NCBI GenBank assembly: GCA_963636895.1
Contig: CAVHMC010000001.1
Coordinates: 1-50,225 of the forward strand
From: Oscillospiraceae bacterium
GTDB taxonomy: Bacteria; Bacillota; Clostridia; Christensenellales; UBA1242
DNA length: 50,225 nucleotides
Direction of reading: 5' to 3'
Part shown: piece by piece, positions 47,201 to 50,225 of the stretch
Position numbering within the stretch: position 1 is the first letter of the stretch
Layout: every line of letters begins with the position of its first letter
Translations under genes and position numbers: made by a program
The notes under the pieces: generated by a model
Told to the model about the DNA's origin: nothing
Seen by the model: the letters and a program-made list of their open reading frames with translations, nothing else
The model's database searches: none

Positions 47201-50141
47201 TTTCATTTGCTATTTTCCCAGTCAACACAGCGTTTAGGTTAATAGTCGAATTGTCGTGCACTCTTATTTCGTCATAACTAGACTTTTCCGCAACGTCGAC
47301 CTTTGTTGTAACATTGTCCACCACCGTTGTAGCATTGATGCCAATACTTTTTACTTGGTTAGCCTTTGTTACAACAATTTTGCAATCAATAGGGCTTTGA
47401 TAAAGACCAAACTCGTCGATATGCACTTTGATAAATATCGTTGCTTCGTCCTTGTATTCTCCAAGAGACACCGTCCCTTTAAGGATATCTCCATAAACGG
47501 TGTAGTTGTTGAAACTATTATTATCCAAAGTTATGTATGATATATCAGATTGGTTTACCAAAACAAACTTTATTCTACTTGCCATTTCATTATAAAGCGT
47601 CGAACTTGTATTGCCAAACTCTATCTTAAACTCAAAGGTCGCGGTCGCATTGTCTCGCAAATTGTAAGGAACAGAGTCCACATCATAAATTCTTGCTTCC
47701 TTTTGTCTTAAACTAACGTTCCCTGGGATAAAAACGTTGAGAGTAAAGGTCAAGGTTGCAGTTTTTACTCTCCAGCCAATATAATTATTTGACATTTGGA
47801 AAAAGTCATAATATTTGACAGTAGCGCTTATCGTCGTTGTACCTTGTTCGTTGGCTGTGATTATGCCATTTTTAATTGAAGCAATATCACTTTTTTCCGA
47901 AGTGTATTCTACATCTCCCAAGATTTTGCCATTGCCTTCAAGAGACAAACTCAATTTGCCACCTTTTACCACACTTGCGCAAGGATTTGTCTCGTCGTTT
48001 ATATCATTCTCCGTAAGTTTTGTCTCATTGTTTACTTTTTCCAATTTCAAACTATTACGTACCATTTGAAAGCCAACAACCACAACGTTGATAGAATTTG
48101 ATATGCCGTTTGGTGCGGTAAACGTGATAGTTGTTTTGCCGACAGCCAATCCGCTAACTTGCAAAACCCCACCCAACTTAAGATTGTTGTTTATTCCATC
48201 AAAATAACTACTTGCATTGGCTAAAGCCTTTATCTCGACGATATTGCTACCACTTGCGAACTTTATATTGTCACTCAAATTGTTGTCATAGAAATATGCC
48301 ACAAGAGACCCAGACGTGTTGCCCGCTTCCAAAACGAGCTCGTTGTAACTCGTTTTATCTTTTTCCGTCAAATTGTAGAAAGTGGAACTGCCATTTTCCA
48401 CAATAACCGTTGACGCAACAATTGTTGTCACACCTTTTTTGGTCTCAAACGAAATGGTCTTCTTTTGTCCACTCAAGCCATTGTTATCACTTGATGGCGA
48501 GACGGTGTTTCCATTTGCAAGTTTTAACTCAGAATTTACGATATTTTCAAAAACAAAACTAAATTTATTGCTATCACTGCTATCACTAATTTTGTCTGAG
48601 ACTGCCTTTGCATAAAATGTCCTTTCGTCTTCCTTTGAAATATCGCGGTCAAAATAATATTTGCCTTCACTTGATGTAACACTAATTGGTTTACCATTTG
48701 TATCGGTAAAAACAAAGTATTCACTTAAATTTGAAGTCACCACGTCACTTACAATTTGCACACGAACAGTCCTATCACATTCTGGCGACTTAGACATATC
48801 CCCAAGGTCAATGTCAAATCTTGTGCCCTTATCATTGGAATAGCTATCATAAACAACTGAAGAATTGTTCTCAATATTTTTGCCATCTTGCAAAACTTTG
48901 ACACTTGTCGCAAGAGAGTAAACGTTGACTGTAAAATCTTTTACGTCGTTCAAAGTTGTATCCGAATTGGCATCTTTGTACTCTCCCAGCAAATCGCTAA
49001 AGAGATATTCCACGTCATTTGTAAAATTAAACTTGATTTTAAAGTCAAGGTGAGCCACTCCCGTATTTTTCGCCCCAAAAACAAATGTTGCAGAATTTTC
49101 TTCGTTTTGTTGCTCTCTTTTTTCAATTATGCTGTCAAACAAAGGCTCTATTGTAATAGATTCTTGAGAGTTAACAGCCACTTTAATTTGTTCAAGCGAA
49201 TAAGAGTAAGATGCCGTCCCGACCTTGTACTCAGCACCCGGATATGTAAAAAGCACAAAATCAAATTTATTGTTTTGTCCCATCACATTAAAGGAAGTTT
49301 GATTACTCGAGACTGAAATATCGTTATAGGTAAGTGGAGCAACAATATTTATTGAAGTGCTTGCCTTTAATTTTTGGTTTGCTTCACTATCGTCATTTTC
49401 AACATACTTGCTTGACTTTGCGGTAACGTTTACCTTGCCAGATAAACTTGTGTCTAAAACGATAAGAGAATATTTGCCGGTCGTCTCGTTTTTCTCAATC
49501 TCAAAACATGGCTTGTCTGAGACATAGTAGACGCCATCTTCTACCTTGCTAAAAGTTGAAATTGCTCCATCACTATCCACATAGGAATCTAGGGAGAAGT
49601 CGACTTGCTTTTCGCTTTCTTCAAATTCAAAAGCACTACTATATGAACTCGCAAATTGAAGGTTGTCCGTAAGACTGATAGATTGTCCAGCCAATACACC
49701 AAGGTTGTCTGAAGACACAAAGGAAATCTCGGTAACAGGGAGAAGAACCTTAAAATACAAGTCAAGAGACCCACGATTGAGAACCTCAATAGACGAAACC
49801 GTCAACTTAAAAGTTTGCGAACCCGAAGGACTAGATGCACTCACTTCGGCAGACGTGTCAGAGATATTCTTAGCGGTTAGCGAATCTGACGAATTAAACT
49901 GTAGCCTTTTTGAGGCAACAGCGTCAGAGTTGACTTTTGCCGAGACAATAAAATTCTCACCATACATAACTTGATAGCAATTACTCTCGCTATCATAAGA
50001 CAACGCCTCACCTGTCGACTTGTTGACGACAGAAACCAACTCGACTTTTAGATTTGCATACTTATCACCACCACCGCAAGCAAACAAAGCACCCGACAAG
50101 GAAAGCATAAAAATTGCCAAAAACAAAAACACCTTTTTCAT
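26268..50141 (-). CDS. giant surface lipoprotein, 7,957 aa, Ig-like stalks plus GLUG-like beta-helix modules and a C-terminal repeat region of about 2,870 aa
   Basis: Uninterrupted 23,874-nt ORF. ATG at 50139-50141 is preceded by AAGGAG (50152-50157) with a 10-nt spacer. N-terminus MKKVFLFLAIFMLSLSGALFAC. Big_2-like motifs GLAVGKTTITFTAPNG and ANEQGTTTISATV. Dozens of GG[LIVF]VG / NxGxIxN[SC]Y repeats. TAA stop at 26268-26270. Confidence 0.9.
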   Translation of the reverse strand: MKKVFLFLAIFMLSLSGALFACGGGDKYANLKVELVSVVNKSTGEALSYDSESNCYQVMYGENFIVSAKVNSDAVASKRLQFNSSDSLTAKNISDTSAEVSASSPSGSQTFKLTVSSIEVLNRGSLDLYFKVLLPVTEISFVSSDNLGVLAGQSISLTDNLQFASSYSSAFEFEESEKQVDFSLDSYVDSDGAISTFSKVEDGVYYVSDKPCFEIEKNETTGKYSLIVLDTSLSGKVNVTAKSSKYVENDDSEANQKLKASTSINIVAPLTYNDISVSSNQTSFNVMGQNNKFDFVLFTYPGAEYKVGTASYSYSLEQIKVAVNSQESITIEPLFDSIIEKREQQNEENSATFVFGAKNTGVAHLDFKIKFNFTNDVEYLFSDLLGEYKDANSDTTLNDVKDFTVNVYSLATSVKVLQDGKNIENNSSVVYDSYSNDKGTRFDIDLGDMSKSPECDRTVRVQIVSDVVTSNLSEYFVFTDTNGKPISVTSSEGKYYFDRDISKEDERTFYAKAVSDKISDSSDSNKFSFVFENIVNSELKLANGNTVSPSSDNNGLSGQKKTISFETKKGVTTIVASTVIVENGSSTFYNLTEKDKTSYNELVLEAGNTSGSLVAYFYDNNLSDNIKFASGSNIVEIKALANASSYFDGINNNLKLGGVLQVSGLAVGKTTITFTAPNGISNSINVVVVGFQMVRNSLKLEKVNNETKLTENDINDETNPCASVVKGGKLSLSLEGNGKILGDVEYTSEKSDIASIKNGIITANEQGTTTISATVKYYDFFQMSNNYIGWRVKTATLTFTLNVFIPGNVSLRQKEARIYDVDSVPYNLRDNATATFEFKIEFGNTSSTLYNEMASRIKFVLVNQSDISYITLDNNSFNNYTVYGDILKGTVSLGEYKDEATIFIKVHIDEFGLYQSPIDCKIVVTKANQVKSIGINATTVVDNVTTKVDVAEKSSYDEIRVHDNSTINLNAVLTGKIANETIRDKSLFAYITNGESDEKDTANKYATLSKGTTSGYSLDLAGEETFNLAVKDGGIFYLVLIAKDSYVSNTTYKVYKKIRVVVEDGEKQAYSIKTASQLSAISNAPTKNYQLVNDISLGGNYAWTPISSFSGVLNGNGYTIDGLSLSSAVDGKVGLFSEIAKNDKTYGAVYNLKIKNATISINSNNQVSNVGIVAGINNGFIINVVVEYITIESKTKSDVKLGSFAGQNNGTILCYGVDLSSDNDEARNTKYFSNLNYFSDKEKDYTSTTYSTGTSIVVTSSETSYVGGLVGENKGTIDGNYKASTQSSSKVNFISYNQRDVDVVAYINVRGGAITNEESAIGGIAGVNYGTISNFAIEGNIGSFNTSTNKSNTFTCNNVGGVAGKLLTKNAKISNILTSIKVAGNNYVGGVVGYASAENGTSTDLANIFNARVENHDLYSDGGYSPMIVGNDYVGGVVGYAELLLLQNSYSYGFTSKSNQLYVSKGDIFIYGDEAHAGGLVGDGTNINLSNVFSTFNIISLKNSSYVKGLVGGNTENASAHVITLLNDVFYIGVVSVDFSASASELDLLGVSGTKYYYLLKYGTLNNTNILEKRFVGDATSPKEDATPNILIEYYDGDNSVIIKKHTSLLADIPSDISVVGLGGEVSANNQIVFGQNYYHYENGDKKVIILTYGENSRFYNLADIFSVTTTSSVTNINLVVSTLTSNGVARVTDSGELELLKVGVETLKFALKESSNICGEITVVVVEDFDKLLLSQNGSLQDSYWDYNYSSNQKSVASNQFVNFNYALVDENNEEISNYTNYAVDFTLYYKETSAEYKDVTNDTQYIVKESKRIKFVKEGSYKLVATVRFTIDDTDYCYTSENWVSFLKAEVNVVEIGFSMSEIRLSGYLNTTKTFDAYVYVGNTTTTVQNLSISIAKDGSSEASEMVARKYGDDANTFIYENVSSPFSIILTKPEETVDGDNTFWYSMKLVLKSEAYNVTDVSKYIVSCSAQNKSSDFTVVVSPSELSSIEYSYYTYTKEASKLVKASEPNEGSTTFYSYVTNASSTLVSGMGGLLVVDLVPYYANEMSVTIESSVKGSKELSFVQLLKVNGDKGDNNSYYIAGPSTTTNADGSVNLQLVSTLKDAYLDYKTGILHGDAYSYSFGEDGGVGRLYIRVVAPSSLEAGDSIDIIVKVSYMGFTSSSGKYAERKSTTTIPLRVVEAPTATLTISHDGTSRNIIAYTATGIENEETTADYLAITPKVQTGYKYYLSYNYISGGKEKGESSDYATLENGLLKLGKNAKVGDTIKIRLTVEISTGDDVINQVLEQTVTVVDAVVTKVSINGLDDNNVFNMTISSSKQLQVSLEGYGTKSSLSAIEKNISRAVLANKYSSLSDNADIPYYWFIENPTIDGEYRNLNVASELNNVPFSVKQLSATADSDTFVATADLLGASGSTINYTIDYNTIYLEGLINAGSANLRMKFSYVYNEGKLQLIPLDESLTSIYVAKIDFTVNVVAGDDETDLIAVSTQEEFMKMANAQNGQGNYILVNDLTLDTYSPIDANFASFDGNNKVITINSFYLPDSRTTQSVNFGLFGKISSSSIVKNVIVALPNSKTGVGGTSNTQQYMTQLNSYTTINYGGLAGVNEGIITNCDVIATTSTVSNGYVINAYTNNTVSRDSINVGGFVGTNSGIITNSRVGRKDVYVLKTSYIGSVVATKEKLSDVTNFTMALYGAGNVGGFVATNSGTISSSYADNLQIEVFSSANGTQNIRTAGFVVNNTGYIYGSYASGIEENDAQNVNSRKLGGGIFSNGCASGFVFSNTNYIADCYSNINLTGSYDYAIKTARVNDSSANSLPGVAGFVYIKGETSYIKTSYSLSKISNKNTYGPFESTIASPGDNSSKKQLGTIENCYYLLEDGQGEELYTKDERAQKLSDNAIVDGVSTSSARSGVNQFTLTDSFNGFSFDPEIEDLSLSSGNGSGGVWAIRMEKDGINGYPDLVSANTIAISSRIKNTTKSSGGDVTVYFTYVVDYELGSLNNPYIISTAEQYNKIFREYKNNLQLENSSSKYVFNVRLINNIDFNNDNIESTTVEFTSITGQTAIFDGNYLAMTNINLNDNASNSYAFGLFKDIYRAGVKNLTLGVTNISATDTTAVGALAGVIVDSNISNVTLVPSSNQEGLVFGKNYVGALAGIITSSDPNSRSSVDKDKLYYVSNIYSTLSIKGNTDKNSATLVKDFSIWSKIAPLTQSGNLRLSGLKSDTCSYAGGIAGVVDLRQETLTSSTAVISKEVVHNVHVGEFKKNSKNITDTSFNKDVAIISNYVGGLFGLIGSQTMVARSEFIVGSGSLLSAKLVAGGVAGFNYGMVNKTYVSYNKTYDQSMEKALKEYVEGGSSRGQININLYNDSTDATPTYIGGLVGINAGSSVNGSGSIIDSYNRVDVRNSHATAVGGIVGGSYVGELRNVYTNASLLGDTTNKDTKIGGIIGKIFDNPIDGLFESITSGNKTLTLSNIVALNIYEKTDFDDLYAFVNDENTAGKKGKLGALYGEYTNADASKGQGIVRIEQSSKVYFNQYALRQFDATELNKGKDETFVSSTYPQNNLIELWGTAKSGANYDEYLSGYLEGEVYYLIQPHQLYRFIQNETDDGTFLRDKYFGPLKWSRDVWSYNEEQVLPTLQYGMQTNVRRIYTAEEFMEEVSSSNNAEMTYLIMNDLDFSTVGDITPISKTFGGRIVGNTIEYTDTDGNKYSRYPILFNLKFNVDNSEVTSYALFEHASNATFSNFSIVVDSYKVTFKNGLDASTKASVLVALAEGVTVSNVSIYSSLMGMVSKYPSNVKEHEITKGTRTVTTEKTSTTFVGETAFLVTRYKQAKTVNSTEIDETRVYTYNNSKFTIASVVSNYEGGTPTDTSKIASITTAVSQVETNAEYFGGLMASTGESSVVIQSCSTNLDVKITTTQKSNSIYYGTLVGEGNGKIRNSVAMGENGTKIYITSDYQSDSESYKDAENLYVGGVAGYFKGEIEGVYVDNLTIKVGNDSKAFIVNNPNTNSTGGAYIGGLVGTASSYSASKSYTSGNIDNVYIDNISIETNVKGQLTVGGAVGRNIASIENVFIRNRAKVVGSAFDARIVANVDNNGSKTIIGGVVGDNTSSSLNNVYSNLPIKVNAISFASLYVGGIIGQTSSTMSLTNILSDAKEIRIEKTTDKDGYSSLGYLVVGGVVASATSLELRTVLTAVDIVASQEGQMYIGGAVGYADSLAITNVIVLGNILLLRGKGVDSNSYFYNDDSFVYCVGGLVGSIQKSFNVLSDSGNQSNLILSTIRDYAVGQKLVTYESSVIGGKHSDVNFSGSLARVYFNENISLVSNDNITNATCEPNSVDSFSSIGQGVELKNLLNDMLNVDFNATSNSLDFIKYVEGTETIFFNNYRSGSSTTEFVVGSKINPVSYAGGSLLQDTYYVLNSDLYLDNTISTSISETIDGETVVSSYAGWVLNCQGYSINIGKNSSKQTSVFDTITENSAVVGLLVDITSNFASESAVITKNNYGFIFSCGVSGSTEKSGDAPSSIASIAYNNYGVIARTFSTADLYSDAGYGLVVFNGKVDNAGLVGNIYDSYYTGAIIDGAKTSGSYFGGIAYKSVYGVISNSYTMADIEAYQSKSIYPIVCNNLKDEKEQKANLYRTYYDYIAYTGDFEGTDSTGTVWTKCIADVEDNNASYITAGGIYAWTTTFSGDVELKNSYIKKTNITNVSDKTVVLSAVTKTILDLFQTSWVGQANKQILVDTFNTKVYTSEQVAERNNVSLNLDNTWFNYGYVSKDLKRVYADENTTKYFTMIYTGNGRNNKENLESPNPTSTIDGFVDMPYNIKHGGLLDMLVTENCLQDELNYRHYLFTRNISLKKYKKLTYWSESWDTYDAMFIGDLDGGNKLVSDMFATYGLVRAIPNESLSTKDGKVTRVRDIVFNGCYSKTGLVAGYIASGEITGIKVADKYDVANVSPNYVYNGDLFSTLAEGHNGTLETYTSQMNADAKKILQNPITSIKLNDKIEGEADDGKSFANNRVNLSLSLTNGKAIFAGGLVGFMEGGLISNVEIDGLNVMAYNRITERKNLNNSLDGTTAGDKIYNDDITYIGGIVGIMTGGTITTNDPNSDTDDTRSVDESGDEVTTNINNYGDIIFKKMIVAPSFDDQYYLQPFSYVGGVVGYIGGSKQTPIIDGVSLKTTNKSSEGEQEKNKISLYGIMNLGGIAGISNGSALIKNCTYDLNDSKGEQNKFRLGYGNWEYEDSVKLVYSDLSDEIVDHDKWEENVISNTSKDKEIEYNWHEVTFFVQDVYLGGIVGSIYKGTLENCSFGTNANVDVDVKKLSGYGTIIFGGIAGEMYQDDDMGEINITNSSIYGDMTIKSSLETIVGGVVGRMRGGILQQFAIGQSGKDSIIKASASDVNKSGNLDLSATLPDYKNSNIANAFNKYIETVTKEWKDASSAKEYPKALYSAFTQLSNMSGEDYWSVKGSAIATAGISRFAQYSSVGGVVGKLLKGDLEGTNSTFGRVNVISNESAGGVVGRVYQSASSYGVTIKDFTLPKTINVYAGGIVSFTIGGKAVFESEVSSVLSYDSLTKYFANTDGLVNLSGSELYVWLGLGLSKSSAGGVVGTVNYLLNNTSDKEFVRIENCSTNGGVGSAFATYSGGIVGLVSETTSTNTHTVITGCTASAILRGYILKSFAGGIVGYLNHGTVYNCTFAGSFGNLFSNLGQIFSSNSDDASTVVSFLSKLADVVLGVPNISGGIVGYCEMGEVRASNTKSFTNTSGGFSFDISLIIGYRVAGGIVGVATGGLFTPQKWKDNVVGGEAEFGVMSNNGIVYSLAGISGGLFGVVCGGNDTQIVGYQIPDYSISEAVVKIIASIVNSFDEKNEATFFDLLKEKLGLSDDTGLLINNYFGIVMGQIAGGIVGYFDTNSVDKTYLSGCFNFGRVYTNLMSMFTAFSVMKSMTSMSTNLSDTTKLDNTQAIITFMAKLSKSGYASDGVLSEWFNKIDMGFDEIDEMLTTIDDAFTFSASLGAGILIDGKKYPIVDIGLSANGSLLNIDLGGLTDADIVSNIEFYDDVISAISGITVYKYHHDPYWKPTSFIYDSSKKNQAEVISYGLTRAEKMICKIVQEEPSETEEKLKEEKSLGLIVFNDYYPDGATASNGEVIWQEPTDKGFGASGGIVGMTHGSGKLVISLSMGYTLTLPSVLSAVASSVVFSNGMAGGIVGLADSPLLVTSTFNYLNVVGRVAGGIVGYANKEVTVSSYRENPTLVGEFKELMTTIMQEMLCKDKEGTTKTSKVKYGPVMNSGIVNGSIFAGGIYGYSNGGKINTKEMEEFFFREHTLGLYAEGNWNENEFEVSWDDALSFSIEGLGDLSIFTVTNSGSVISDRFAGGIAGYVEGDSAFYNAKVTASWLSSLGDTSSLFNTKLSDIADSIINKPAIHISAPYAGGIVGHLGSGVIGGSCSAGYSSSFGVKFVDNILEWFNNVKDIRISAYFYSTESIIPTEVLTDSSKKEYFDNLRKNYNAGGYAGGVVGLMTGGQLGTKFENSNQSIAVTVLKSIKFGYNDSFTVPYVGGAIGCYAVPESKTNVGGSIGGVSVKTTVSNGFFTGGLLGRLLGNDSKDSFTFGLGTSSTPYIVGQVNEYNKSGELQTEDSDRLIIEAKTGTICGGIIGYLCNGNLSNIISSVKVEGQKGTTVGGVVGWLNGGTITNCVATQLKVEELEYKVEEKKENSDSSSETSSVSFATATANSDDTTKKVSKLTVDWDTKDKDGNPVYLFEVSNSTIDNEEALEKASSALTNSIKGDADEEYIKQNFFDNGKLITARLFADSYVGGIAGRISSNSTYGNSTYIKKCAMYADIYGGTNVGGIVGHVLGKVDVQECYSFGDIIRAGNAGGIVGVAQTHKSGRTANLRSESPVISSVYVGREILVEDTLLKTGGVFLAKLAYGDDATLVSEKLFNFDTTNKILSMFDETLVVFAFGDVDTDNINTNTIKEYFEDNLTTISGSMSVGGFVGVLDGYSTLESGKAGIGVQVKTEIDSKNKLETAKQMIYAVYGNKESVSTIARLCGEDNVAGIGAVGGSVGIAKDHAQIGMDATTTSSFWSKVEKTLQKMGVGLSQKSEDGYLQSAGIVNGWTAGGLVGKMMDDATVLSGTTGLYVRGEIYAGGAIGSMIGGEISGISNYSIFNVETNGVFALDGTTLKLIDNVTGDGTEGDADEDGGTDFISELVKDGVLKTSLGGVVGYYNGEGNIKYIGARPLTDTTTSGFSPMPVFGLGLNIALSVVSDKYYAGGIIGHLENGNFTNATITNLSIGAVAGNISYAGSIIGRVSGTSTIEINVKEFDKLFDFSTLLVQAIKGAGDVIGAVTKGESETTVTLKIDQGLGANVTALMVGGAVGAVLDGAELKLESSFKAVSTLNGTVIGGVAGYVAGTLNGSDKIVTAKEKIFDGKNNTIGGVVGLVGAGGTVKDVTNEIKIVAGHKATVGGIAGEMAGGTIENCINNANLTLKRVFKEGTDDTQEISATPGASNPWNGTEKTDTTNAKKLGDDNKTLKTVASYKEFCDEGYDEGSIGGIVGSAVTESALDIAMDINVSDVADLLSKRGSVIRKSENKAQVYGYYYYGRDTVGEDGEGDGSVEEHSFGEDDKAYINHIADKRGTLAGSVSAIYGSIKVAQSEDGKTKIVPVLEFKDCDLPENKGIGGLADLFDDEEVDDENTDTEYNSGIDYKKLGNFIVDLLTVSKSEIKDKLVEKLKDYANVVPEYADDWVERNKEAKEKKQEEQKAYMIGYYVQAKTVTTNDKGETTTTYKTYCRLKPSTTNEIEAVSDVKTMLNSSGYTKASFPADRSAPSSSNALITYTKIKAVVKESLKNTEAGIYQLEIPTDYQEKSMGSFTDGDTTYTVTGITFNLNTASIVIGDTYNELQACGGDIQMSRNALSKKGFTSELGVKTLLYKFLYHLNDEWITIVELLNQDFKINGQLV
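26271..27099 (-). other. ORF2 unique C-terminal domain, about 275 aa (approximate)
   Basis: Acidic stretch DDEEVDDENTDTEY, then a charged helix-like stretch EKLKDYANVVPEYADDWVERNKEAKEKKQEEQK, then a non-repetitive domain ending ...WITIVELLNQDFKINGQLV. No GGxVG. Confidence 0.45.
27100..35710 (-). other. ORF2 C-terminal super-region of irregular GG[IV]VG rungs (approximate)
   Basis: Starts at DMPYNIKHGGLLDMLVTEN...FIGDLDGGNKLVSDM. Continues with FAGGLVGFMEGGLISNV, YIGGIVGIMTGG, YVGGVVGYIGG, LGGIAGISNGSALIKNC, YLGGIVGSIYKGTLENC and many more, down to SIGGIVGSAV (about 27483-27510) and GIGGLADLF (about 27100). Confidence 0.55.
35720..36960 (-). other. ORF2 module 5, degenerate (approximate)
   Basis: Starts near INPVSYAGGSLLQDTYYVLNSDLYLD. 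The NNYG[FV]I and SNSY parts of the rung are kept, but the GGxVG part is mostly lost. Confidence 0.35.
37200..39205 (-). other. ORF2 module 4 (approximate)
   Basis: Cap IYTAEEFMEEVSSSNNAEMTYLIMNDLDFSTVGDITPISKTFGGRIVGN. Rungs FGGLMASTGES, VGGVAGYFKGEIEG, IGGLVGTASS, VGGAVGRNIASIEN, IGGVVGDNTSS, VGGIIGQTSS. Confidence 0.55.
39225..41160 (-). other. ORF2 module 3 (approximate)
   Basis: Cap NPYIISTAEQYNKIF...VRLINNIDFNNDNI...AIFDGNYLAMTNI. Rungs VGALAGVIV, VGALAGIITS, AGGIAGVVD, VGGLFGLIGS, AGGVAGFNYGMVNKTY, IGGLVGINAGS. Closes with DVWSYNEEQVLPTLQYG. Confidence 0.6.
41255..42700 (-). other. ORF2 module 2 (approximate)
   Basis: Cap STQEEFMKMANAQNGQGNYILVNDLTLDTYSPIDANFASFDGNNKVI. Rungs YGGLAGVNEGIITNC, VGGFVGTNSGIITNS, VGGFVATNSGTISSS. 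Closes with GGVWAIRMEKDGINGYPDLVS. Confidence 0.65.
42701..45429 (-). other. ORF2 internal Ig-like stalk (approximate)
   Basis: About 910 aa without GGxVG. Big_2-like motif GVARVTDSGELELLKVGVETLKFALKESSNICGEITVVVV. Confidence 0.4.
45430..46945 (-). other. ORF2 module 1 (approximate)
   Basis: Cap YSIKTASQLSAISNAPTKNYQLVNDISLGGNYAWTPISSFSGVLNGNGYTIDGL, located at 46765-46945. Rungs VGGLVGENKGTIDGN, IGGIAGVNYGTISNF, VGGVAGKLL, VGGVVGYASA, VGGVVGYAEL, AGGLVGDGTN. Confidence 0.65.
46946..50075 (-). other. ORF2 N-terminal Ig-like stalk (approximate)
   Basis: About 1,040 aa without GGxVG. Recurrent Big_2-like strand motifs: SGKVNVTAKSSK, GLAVGKTTITFTAPNGISNSINVVVV, IITANEQGTTTISATV. Confidence 0.45.
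50076..50141 (-). other. lipoprotein signal peptide with lipobox-like L-F-A-C (Cys22)
   Basis: MKK + VFLFLAIFMLSLSGAL + FAC. Phe at position -2 is atypical for a lipobox. The mature protein starts CGGGDKYANLKV, paralogous to ORF1 CGDKYDNLKF. Confidence 0.65.
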
Positions 50142-50225
50142 CTCTCACCTACTCCTTATTATGTCAAAAAAAATCTAAAAAATTAACGTTAGTACAATGT
50201 TATGATTAATTATAAAATAATATAG

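Noticed and set aside
9143-50141. Zinc-metalloprotease (HEXXH, IgA-protease-like), LPXTG sorting signal, or long homopolymer/SSR phase-variation tracts inside the giant genes
   Set aside because: Scanning by eye, I found no HEXXH, no LPXTG near either C-terminus, and no homopolymer longer than about 7 nt in coding sequence. This was a visual scan and should be repeated computationally.
50158-50173. TTGACATAAT preceded by T8 on the minus strand upstream of ORF2, as a promoter or phase-variable tract
   Set aside because: The -10-like CATAAT directly abuts the AAGGAG SD, so a transcript starting there would lose the SD. The real promoter is probably beyond the window edge. T8 alone is weak evidence for phase variation.

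Overview
AT-rich bacterial window (G+C looks like roughly one third by eye, not computed). RpoB and RpoC look Bacillota/Clostridia-like, and the standard genetic code fits (very long ORFs, TGG for Trp, TGA not needed as a sense codon). All five supported CDS are on the minus strand. From right to left: a 23.9-kb gene for a 7,957-aa predicted lipoprotein (26268-50141); a 169-bp spacer; a 17-kb gene for a paralogous predicted lipoprotein of about 5,644 aa (9143-26077); a compound hairpin terminator; a 479-bp non-coding region; rpoB (4914-8657); rpoC (1216-4812); a non-coding tract of about 700 bp holding a 117-bp tandem repeat with three terminator-like hairpins; a 129-aa orphan ORF (127-516); a bidirectional terminator; and an 11-bp tandem repeat cut by the window edge. 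The two giant genes fill about 81% of the window. They encode N-terminally lipid-anchored proteins in which Ig-like stalk segments alternate with many GLUG-like (GGxVG ... NxGxIxN[CS]Y) beta-helix-type modules. This gene pair is the main candidate for an undescribed cell-surface system. rpoBC is detached from its usual ribosomal-protein neighbours, and RpoB has Gln at the His526 (E. coli numbering) rifampicin-contact position. I recognised no rRNA, tRNA, CRISPR array, transposase or integrase. Domain and module boundaries are approximate; I placed them by locating peptide motifs in the DNA by eye.
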